Assembly: GCA_965226495.1 (NCBI GenBank)
Contig: OZ245365.1
Coordinates: forward strand, 3,488,001 to 3,552,000
Reading direction: 5' to 3'
Source: Candidatus Marinacidobacterales bacterium
GTDB lineage: Bacteria; Acidobacteriota; Vicinamibacteria; Marinacidobacterales; DATDRI01
Length of the DNA stretch: 64,000 bases
Below are positions 1 through 7,785 of the stretch, in pieces. Below the pieces are notes generated by a model, which saw only the letters and a list, made by a program, of their open reading frames with translations, ran no database searches and was not told the origin of the DNA. Positions within the stretch are counted from its first letter, which is position 1. Each line of letters opens with the position of its first letter. Position numbers and translations under genes: made by a program.

Positions 1-1962
1 GCTCGCCTTTCGCCCTTCGGAATAAGCCCGGCAAGCTGCTTTTGTAAAGCCACGAGAGTTTCTCTCTGACTCTCATCCAGTACCAAATCGCGCGTCTCCT
101 CTGGATCGGCAACGACATCGTATAGCTCGAAGCGTGGTCCATCCAGCTCCGGAGTGAGGATCAGCTTGAAACGACCATCGCGAACCGCCCTGAGTTTTCC
201 AACCACGCCTTGGTAGGGGCGTCGGTCGTTGGCTTCCATCATTTTCACGTCCGACTCCAGGAAGGCCCCGCGGGACTGGTCCTCACGGCCCTCCCAGAAT
301 CCAGCCAAGGTTCGCCCGTCCATTTCGCCCGGGTTCCGGATTCGGGCCAGTCCGAGGAGCGTGGGCGCCACATCGATAGAGCGAACCTGATGGGATACGG
401 TCAAGCCCTTGGGGAGTTTCTTCGGCCAGCTCACAATCAGGGGAATCCGGACCGAGCTCTCGTAGAGGAACGCTCCATGATGGAAGTAGTAGTCATGCTC
501 CCCGAGCGAGTGACCGTGATCGGCGGTGAACACAACGATAGTGTCATCCCGGAAACCGGCTCGCTCCAGTTCTTCGAGCAACCGACCTACCTCACTCATA
601 GTGTCGTCGATCTCACCCCGGTACAGTCTTCGCGCGCCCTCGTTTTCTTCCTCGGAGAGGGGGTTATCGAATGTCAGTTCGCCGTGCGTGATCCCCGCGC
701 TTTCTGGGAAGTTCACGTTACTGCTTGCTCCCGGCGGCGCGCCGTAACGTTTCTCCAGATCGGGAGGAGGCAGGTAGGGCCAATGCGGTTCGAAGTAATG
801 GACATAGAGGAAGAACGGTTGCTGCTGTAAGTTGCGCAGGTAGCGGGAGGCCGAGTCGGTCACCGCCCGCGCCTGCGCCTGATAGACCTTTGGAGTTTTC
901 GCCGAAGGCGTCTCGATCCGCTTTACCGTCAAACGGTCGGCGAGGATGAACCAGCTTAGGTAGCGAAGGCCTCCGCCGTACTGCTCGCCCAGCTCGTATG
1001 TCGAATAGTAGCGCTCGAATCCTTGACCGAAGCCGCGGTCCTTGGATATCCAGGGATTGTTCACGAAGGCAGTGGTTCGGTATCCTGCCTCCTTGAACAA
1101 CTTCACCACGCTCGGCTGGTTCTCCTTGAGCTCGTCGTTGAGCGTACGCAGTCCGTGATGGATCGGATACCGACCGGTGAAGAACGAAGCGACCGATTGC
1201 GGCGTCTTGGGTATTACCGTCACCGCATCCTCGAACAGGATTCCTTCGGCGGCAAGACGTTCAATCGCGGGCGTCTGGACGACACCACCGAAAGGGCTGA
1301 CATGATCGCGACGAGTGGTGTCGATCAAAATCCACAAAACGTTCGGCATATCGGAGGCGCCCATTCCGGCGAAGGCTCCCCACAGCGCGATCGAGACCAC
1401 GCATCCTAGTGTCGCGCCAGCCGTGGCCCGTGGCCAGCGAAAGAAAACCAGGGAGACTATCAACGCCAGAGCCGCACTCGTGGCGTAGAACCAAGCCTGA
1501 TCGCCAAGCGGATATGCGAAGTCCGGCACTCTCCCCCACAACGAGAACGTCGATGCGATAAAGAGGGCGAAGCCAGCGAGCACCATTCGAAACGAACCGC
1601 TCAGCCGCGCCCACATGGATCGCGGTACCAGCCACATCGCAAGCAATGTTGCGAGAAGCAACTCATAAGGCCCGGCGTCTCCGAGCAGCATCCAACGGGC
1701 GAGGATAGCCGCCAGGACCCACACCGAAAAGACGGCTCGGAAGATCGGGAAGGGCTCGCGGAAAACGCGAGAAAAAATCGCTCCCAGCAGAATCCAGACC
1801 CCGCTGACGTTGGAGTCCAGCAATCCAGGCGACGGTACCCAGAGCTTCGAGGACGTTGGTCGAGGTCCAGTCGCCCATCAGCACATCCCAGCGAGCGATG
1901 TGAATGCCCTCGAAAAGGCCGACGACGACCGCGGCCTTGAAAACCGGTAACAGGCGCTTCAT
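1..1962 (-). CDS. Membrane-anchored sulfatase/alkaline-phosphatase-superfamily protein; runs off the left edge; apparent frameshift near 1812
   Basis: Not in the ORF track. Manual minus-strand translation from about 1810 to base 1 gives TM segments, then PNVLWILIDTTRRDH, KTPQSVASFFTGRYP, VHYFEPHWPY, VFTADHGHSLGEH, RIPLIV, ELYDVVADPEE. The N-terminus MKRLLPVFKAAVVVGLFEG (ATG at 1962) lies in an adjacent frame. Confidence 0.8.
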
Positions 1963-2254
1963 TAGTCTCTTCCGATTGCTTGAACGGGAGTGAATTGAGT
2001 TGGATTCTATGTTAGCACGAGGGGTGGGATTTCGCTCAGAGGCCTGCCAACGACGTAACTCCTTCGAACTATGGGTGCAAACGCCCTTCTTCCCCTTCTT
2101 ATGGTCGAATTGATTACCCGCAGCCTCTATGCGAAAATGTTTACATCTGAAGAACACGCATCCGTCCTCACGCGCCTTGAGATATCGCCCCTATCTTCCG
2201 TGAACCGATTCGTTCAGGAGGAAGCCGGGCGATGGAGATCCGGGAGAACGACCT

Positions 2255-2500
2255 ATGGCCCGCTTCACTTCGCCGCATGAATTGAGAAACGTTTTGAACA
2301 TCCTATTCTGGGCATCGATTGTCGCGCTATACCCCAGCACGAGCCATGCGTATCTCGACGCGGGCACCGGAAGCTACGGTTTTCAGATGCTGCTCGCGGT
2401 CGGCCTCGCTGCGGCGTTTATCATCAAAGCAAACTGGAAGAGGCTGAAGTCGAAATTCTCGAGCGCCTCCGAAAAGGACCATGACGGCGGCAACTCCTAG
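2255..2500 (+). CDS. Small membrane protein with AYLDAGTGS motif
   Basis: 81 aa or shorter; signal-like segment ending SHA, then YLDAGTGS, a hydrophobic helix and a basic tail (WKRLKSKF); overlaps the start of the next gene. Confidence 0.7.
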   Translation: MARFTSPHELRNVLNILFWASIVALYPSTSHAYLDAGTGSYGFQMLLAVGLAAAFIIKANWKRLKSKFSSASEKDHDGGNS

Positions 2501-4064
2501 CTCGTTCGACCCTGAGAGCGGGAGCTCGCCCTGGCGACTTCCGGTGGCCGTCGCGTCCTTGATGGCGACTCCCCTGCTGGTGTTCGTCTCATCGGCCAAC
2601 ACCCTTTACCTTAGAAACCAATCCGAGTTTCAGCATCAGCCACAAGTCCTGACCTCCTTCATAGAGCTCACCCTCGTCACGCTGCTGATAGGTCTCGCGC
2701 TCTATGCGCTATCGAAGTACCAACCCTTCCGATTATTGCTGCACGCTTACTACATGGTCGGGCCGTTCTTCCTCCTCTTTGGCTTTCTCCACAATTGGGC
2801 CGTGGGCTCCCACTTCTTTCTCTGGGTCTTCGACACTTGGGCGGGAGTGCTCACGTACTTTGCAGGCTTTGTCGCAGCTACGGTTTTCGTTTCGAGGCGC
2901 TTTAGCCCATCGACCCTGGCCGGCCCGTTCGCAGCGTTCAGCTTGCTTTTGTTGGCTACCGAGGCGCACTCCTTTGTGACGCACTACGAGAAGCTGGCGC
3001 CCGAGACTGCGGGCTCGCAGATTCCGAACCTGGAAACGAACCCGAATTTGCCGAACGTGTACCACTTCATTTTCGACGGCTACGACGCCGAGCACTTTCC
3101 TCAGACGCTGTCATCCGACTACCGGAACGCCTTAAGTGGCTTCGTGAACTTCCCAAAAAACCTCGCGCTCTACCGCAACACACGCTCCTCCCTACCCTCC
3201 ATCTTCTCGGGAAGGCGTAGGCCAGGAAACGTTTCCAACCCGGAGTACTTGAGGCGCGCTCTCAATACCGACTTCTCGTTCCTATACTGGCTCAAGGAGG
3301 AGGGTTACAAAACAGTCGCCTATACGCCGGACATGTACGAGTTCGGCCTCGAGCTCTTCGATCACGTGACCTTCCACCAGCAGAACCATGGTGCCGAGGC
3401 TCTGCTCGAAATGAATAATGCCACTTTCCAAAGGTTGTGGCTCTGGACCAATTCCCCGCGCCTGTTCACGGGGATGCTCTTGGACACCGAGTGGTTCATC
3501 GAGTTCGGTGGAGAGGACTTGCGGCTGGTTAAGAATAGAAACTTCTTGCCTTTTTCGGTTCCCATTAGATCCTATCTGAGTTTCTTGAACGTCCTGGAAC
3601 AGGAGGCCGATCTTCCTGCCAACGGCCGTTATACGTTGATCCATCTAGTACTCCCGCACTCTCCGGAAGTGCTCGCCGCCGACTGCTCGTACGATGTGGC
3701 GGGTAGCGAGACCACGCAGCTGGAACAAGCCGGCTGTGCGACAAAGCTGTTGGTGGATTTCGTAGAACGACTGAAGGAACTGGGACGATTCGACAACTCG
3801 CTGGTTATCGCTCAAGCCGATCACGGAGTCTACGAGCCCGACAACGGCGCCGAGAACCCGGCGGAGAGAGTGTCCTTGCACGCGCTGCTCCTGATCAACC
3901 CGATCGGCAGCGACGGTGAATTCGCGGTCTCGAGCGTGAACAGCACCCTCATCGACATCGCACCGACTCTCTTAGGCGCGCTCGAGGTCGAAAACCAACT
4001 CCAGATGGACGGCACACCGTTGCAAGATGCGATGCCCGACAACCGACTCGTACCGATGGATTGA
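2481..4064 (+). CDS. LtaS/sulfatase-like membrane hydrolase/transferase (paralog A1)
   Basis: About 5 N-terminal TM helices, PNVYHFIFDGY, NTRSSLPSIFSG (Thr at nucleophile position), HLVLPH, QADHG, TLIDIAPTLL. Confidence 0.8.
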   Translation: MTAATPSSFDPESGSSPWRLPVAVASLMATPLLVFVSSANTLYLRNQSEFQHQPQVLTSFIELTLVTLLIGLALYALSKYQPFRLLLHAYYMVGPFFLLFGFLHNWAVGSHFFLWVFDTWAGVLTYFAGFVAATVFVSRRFSPSTLAGPFAAFSLLLLATEAHSFVTHYEKLAPETAGSQIPNLETNPNLPNVYHFIFDGYDAEHFPQTLSSDYRNALSGFVNFPKNLALYRNTRSSLPSIFSGRRRPGNVSNPEYLRRALNTDFSFLYWLKEEGYKTVAYTPDMYEFGLELFDHVTFHQQNHGAEALLEMNNATFQRLWLWTNSPRLFTGMLLDTEWFIEFGGEDLRLVKNRNFLPFSVPIRSYLSFLNVLEQEADLPANGRYTLIHLVLPHSPEVLAADCSYDVAGSETTQLEQAGCATKLLVDFVERLKELGRFDNSLVIAQADHGVYEPDNGAENPAERVSLHALLLINPIGSDGEFAVSSVNSTLIDIAPTLLGALEVENQLQMDGTPLQDAMPDNRLVPMD

Positions 4065-5016
4065 CCCGTTGGGACTTCGGAGGGGGCTTTCGTCGCCGCT
4101 TGCTTTGCTCGTGGTCTTGGCCCTCGCGGGGTGCCAACCCAGTCCGCGAGAGCAACGATCTGGCAGAAAAAGCAACCGACCCACAGGCGCCGGCGGCCAC
4201 CAGAGCCCAGTCATTGGATTCGGATTGATTGTAGGGACCAACCCGGCAGTCACCTACAAAGCTTACCAACCCCTGATGGATCATCTGACGGCCCAAGCGC
4301 CGTTCCTATTTCAGATCCGGCTCGGAAAGACTACCGACGATCTGATGAGATCAGTGGAGGAAAGGATGGCCGAGCTCGCTCCACTGAGCGCGGTGAGCTA
4401 TCTCGAGGCTCACAGCCAGTTCGGAGCAGTGCCACTCGTGAAGCCTCTCAATCGTCGTGGGGAGGCGTTGTCGCGGGCCGTCTTCTTTACGCGAAAAGAC
4501 AGCAGATTGGACGCGGTCGAAGGGCTGCGGGGCGGGACGCTGGCCCTCGGACCGCACCATTCGGTATTGAGTAACCTCGTACCGCGCCACGAGCTCCTGC
4601 ATGCCGGTATCCACTCCGAGGACCTCGCAACCATCGAGCACATGTCCAGCGATGACAGGGTCGTGGCCGCCGTTTTGGAGGGCCGATTCGATGCCGGCGC
4701 GGTAGAGGATGAGATAGCCCAGGCCGCCGAAGGGGTTCGAATTTTCCATACCTCCGAGCCCATTCCTAGCGCTCCACTGGTCATCCGAGACGACCTCCCG
4801 GTATGGGTGGCCCAGGCGATCCGGGACGCGCTACTCCGGCTGGACGTCGCCGATTCGGCAAAACGAGCCGCGTGGGCGGAGGAGATCCGTTACGGTTTTC
4901 GCCCCGCCAAGGACTCCGACTATGAGCCAGTTCGCACAATGGTAAATGCCGTCGTTGGTCAATGTGCCGACTCTTGCCATTCGAGCGGCGAGGTCTCTGA
5001 CACGAGCAGGCAGTAG
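4027..5016 (+). CDS. PhnD-like phosphate/phosphonate-binding lipoprotein (paralog B1); true start may be slightly downstream
   Basis: Lipobox LAGC; YQPLMDHL, LRGGTLALG, VLEGRFDAGAV, SEPIPSAPLVIR, GFRPAKDSDYEPVR; C-terminal CADSCH. Confidence 0.8.
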   Translation: MRCPTTDSYRWIDPLGLRRGLSSPLALLVVLALAGCQPSPREQRSGRKSNRPTGAGGHQSPVIGFGLIVGTNPAVTYKAYQPLMDHLTAQAPFLFQIRLGKTTDDLMRSVEERMAELAPLSAVSYLEAHSQFGAVPLVKPLNRRGEALSRAVFFTRKDSRLDAVEGLRGGTLALGPHHSVLSNLVPRHELLHAGIHSEDLATIEHMSSDDRVVAAVLEGRFDAGAVEDEIAQAAEGVRIFHTSEPIPSAPLVIRDDLPVWVAQAIRDALLRLDVADSAKRAAWAEEIRYGFRPAKDSDYEPVRTMVNAVVGQCADSCHSSGEVSDTSRQ

Positions 5017-5017
5017 C

Positions 5018-6613
5018 ATGAGCTTGAAGAGGCTCGGCGGCGCGAAGGCAATGCGAATGCTCCTCGTATTCATGTCTTTAGTCCCGACTCCACTTCTCGT
5101 TTTCGTTTCCTCATCCAACAAACTCTACGCTAGGAATCATGCCAAGTTACACGATCACCCTGAGGTCCTCCTGCCCTTCGTCTATCTCTTCCTAATCTCT
5201 TTGGGGGTGGGGCTGGTTCTCTACTTGCTCTCGAAGCACACCGCATTTCGTTACGCGCTTTGGAGCTATTACCTCATCGGCCCCTTCTTTCTCGCGTTTC
5301 AATTCCTTCGGAGCGCGACCGGCGGCATGACGTTTCTCAGTTGGCCGGCACATACTCAAGCAGGTTTCTGGGCCTTTGTGCTCGTCTTCGCGTTGCTTGT
5401 GATCGCAGCCGGACACACCCTAAACTTTCGTTCTGTCGTAACGCCCCTTGCACTTTACGGCATCCTCCTGCTCGTGAACGAGGCACGGGTAACTGCGGGA
5501 GCGATCCGAGGTCGCGCGATAGAGGCACCTGAGCGGGCGAGCGAAAGCCCTCTGTCAAACAAACGGCCCAACATCTACCATATCGTTCTCGATGGCTTCC
5601 AAACGGATGTCTTCGAGTTAGTTCGTTCCACCGAGATAGAAAAAGCGTTGGGCGGCTTTACCTATTTCCCCAACAACACCGCCATCTACCATCTGACGGC
5701 GACTTCTCTCGCTTCGGTTTTTGGGAGTTCACACTACGACTACCGAAAAACTCGACGTGAGTATCTCAACCAAGCGTTTAACGGAAAGCTCTCTCTCATC
5801 CCGCGGCTACAAGATGCCGGCTATAGCTCGGAGGTCTACATCCCGGCCCTCCAAGAAACCCGGTTCGAGATTCCGGACTACGTGTATCGCCACGCCGACT
5901 ACGCTCGCGCCGACCTGGTAGCGATGAACACTTCGTCGTTCACAAGATTGTGGGTGTACAGCCAAGTTCCTCGAGCCTTGAGAATGCGCTTCTCGTCCGA
6001 CGCTCTCGATTCAGCCGACTTGAAGCGGCTCGAAGAAGGCAGGTTCCTCCCCTACTCCGCCCCGGCGGTATCGGCCCTGGGTTTCGGAAAAATGATTAAG
6101 GAGGAAGAGAACCTTCTCGCTTCGGGTCGATACAGCTTCATCCACTTGTTGATGCCGCACCAGCCGTATGTGTTACGGGCAGACTGCTCGTTTGACCATA
6201 CGGGAGCGAAGACCGACCTGATGGCGCAAACGCAATGCACCATGAAGCTTCTCTTCGAGTTCTTAGACGTCCTGCACACACTCGGACGTTTCGATGACAA
6301 TCTGATCCTGGTACACGGCGATCACGGAGGAAACTACCGGATGAGAGACGGGAAGTTGGTTGACAACCGCTCCCGATCCTTGAGAGCGCTGTTACTGGTC
6401 AAACCCAGCGGGCGGGGCCAGGAGGACCGGTTCGAAGTGTCGCCACGGAAAACGTCGCTGCTCGACATCGCACCGACCATCCTCGACTGTGTCGACACCG
6501 GCGCCCCCCGAGAGCCGGACGCTTTCGAGGGAAACTCCCTCAGCGATGCGGTGCCCTGCTCCGACTTAAAATCGAACAGGCTCGAGAATCGAGAGGGCGT
6601 TGACATTAAATAA
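5018..6613 (+). CDS. LtaS/sulfatase-like membrane hydrolase/transferase (paralog A2)
   Basis: Same architecture as A1: PTPLLVFVSSSN, PNIYHIVLDGF, HLLMPHQPY, HGDHGG, SLLDIAPTIL; ATG at 5018 directly follows the B1 stop. Confidence 0.8.
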   Translation: MSLKRLGGAKAMRMLLVFMSLVPTPLLVFVSSSNKLYARNHAKLHDHPEVLLPFVYLFLISLGVGLVLYLLSKHTAFRYALWSYYLIGPFFLAFQFLRSATGGMTFLSWPAHTQAGFWAFVLVFALLVIAAGHTLNFRSVVTPLALYGILLLVNEARVTAGAIRGRAIEAPERASESPLSNKRPNIYHIVLDGFQTDVFELVRSTEIEKALGGFTYFPNNTAIYHLTATSLASVFGSSHYDYRKTRREYLNQAFNGKLSLIPRLQDAGYSSEVYIPALQETRFEIPDYVYRHADYARADLVAMNTSSFTRLWVYSQVPRALRMRFSSDALDSADLKRLEEGRFLPYSAPAVSALGFGKMIKEEENLLASGRYSFIHLLMPHQPYVLRADCSFDHTGAKTDLMAQTQCTMKLLFEFLDVLHTLGRFDDNLILVHGDHGGNYRMRDGKLVDNRSRSLRALLLVKPSGRGQEDRFEVSPRKTSLLDIAPTILDCVDTGAPREPDAFEGNSLSDAVPCSDLKSNRLENREGVDIK

Positions 6614-6648
6614 TTTAAATACAATGGGTTAGATACCATTGCCTCCTC

Positions 6649-6677
6649 TTGACACAGGCAAACCCGCATGGCATCCT
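6649..6677 (+). promoter_or_regulatory. Possible sigma-70 promoter for the B2-A3 genes
   Basis: TTGACA, 17-nt spacer, CATCCT with extended -10 TG, in an AT-rich intergenic gap. Confidence 0.35.
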
Positions 6678-6708
6678 AACTGGTATCAACTGACATTGAC
6701 GCTTTCGG

Positions 6709-6744
6709 CCCGTTGAGCTCGTTGAGCCCGTTGAGCCCGTTGAG
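6709..6744. repeat. Intergenic 9-bp tandem repeat (CCCGTTGAG)x4, one variant unit
   Basis: cccgttgag ctcgttgag cccgttgag cccgttgag. Confidence 0.85.
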
Positions 6745-6840
6745 CCTGTCCGGCTCCGCCGTGAAGCAATCTTCAGTCCCGATTCTCCACGACACTTTCG
6801 CAAACGACCGGCCGAGTATCGGAAAGCTACTAATCCTTCT

Positions 6841-7785
6841 ATGACGTATCTGCTAGCCCGGTCCTCCCTGATCCTGTTGCTCGTCACCGCCATGCTCGGC
6901 CTTCCCATTGCGGGCTGCCATCAGGAGAGCGGAAACCCAGAGGAGGCGCCGTCGACCGAGTCAGTGCAGAGTACTTCGTCGCTCGCTAGTCGACCGCTCA
7001 TCATTTTGTCCTTCATGGATCCGACAAACACCATCCTTTCGACGAAAGCGCATCAGCCTCTTCTGGACTATCTCACCGCACAAACCCCTTTTCGTTATCG
7101 GGCCATTTTCAGCAGCGAGTCCGAGAGGAACGTCGGCGTCCTCGAGGAACGGCTGGTCGAAATTTCACACCTGGGAGTCGTAAGTTATCTGGAGGCACAC
7201 AATCAGTTCGGAGCGGTGCCAATAGCAAAGCCTCTGAACCGCGACGGTGAACCGACCTCGCGAAGCGTCTTGATCACGCGAGAAGACACCGATATCGGTA
7301 AGCTCACGGATCTGAGAGGACGCTCTTTGGCACTGGGATCATTCCATTCCACGTTGAGCAACCTCGTACCGCGTTACGAGCTCATCCAAGCGGGGATCGA
7401 TCCCGAGGATCTCGAGTCCTTGGAGCGTTTGGCCAACGACGAGGAGGTGGCGCAAGCGGTTTTGGCCGGTCGGTTCGATGCCGGAGCAGTGGAGGACATC
7501 GTCGCCGCGCGCTATGAGCAGAAAGGGCTTCGACCCTTCCACGTTTCCGGTCCGATTCCGACGGGCCCACTGGCCATTCGCGAAGACCTTCCTCGGCGAG
7601 TCGAATCGGCGGTTCGCGACGCCCTCCTGAAGTTGGGCCCAAAAGGAGTAGAAAGCCGTCAGGACTGGGCCGAAGAGATCCGATACGGTTTCCAACCCGC
7701 CGCGGACTCGGACTACGAGCCGCTCCGAAAGATCATGATGACCGTACCTACCGGATGCAGTGAATCATGTCACGGGAGCTCTTGA
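6841..7785 (+). CDS. PhnD-like phosphate/phosphonate-binding lipoprotein (paralog B2)
   Basis: Lipobox IAGC; clear paralog of B1 (SYLEAHxQFGAVP, LSNLVPR, GRFDAGAVED, WAEEIRYGF); C-terminal CSESCH. Confidence 0.82.
   Translation: MTYLLARSSLILLLVTAMLGLPIAGCHQESGNPEEAPSTESVQSTSSLASRPLIILSFMDPTNTILSTKAHQPLLDYLTAQTPFRYRAIFSSESERNVGVLEERLVEISHLGVVSYLEAHNQFGAVPIAKPLNRDGEPTSRSVLITREDTDIGKLTDLRGRSLALGSFHSTLSNLVPRYELIQAGIDPEDLESLERLANDEEVAQAVLAGRFDAGAVEDIVAARYEQKGLRPFHVSGPIPTGPLAIREDLPRRVESAVRDALLKLGPKGVESRQDWAEEIRYGFQPAADSDYEPLRKIMMTVPTGCSESCHGSS

Noticed and set aside
210-1409. Plus-strand ORFs 210-830 and 1023-1409
   Set aside because: Antisense shadows of the minus-strand sulfatase-like gene. The same applies to most short overlapping ORFs in this GC-rich window.
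6669-6684. Possible sigma-54 promoter TGGCAT...TGGT
   Set aside because: The -12 position is GG rather than the near-invariant GC.
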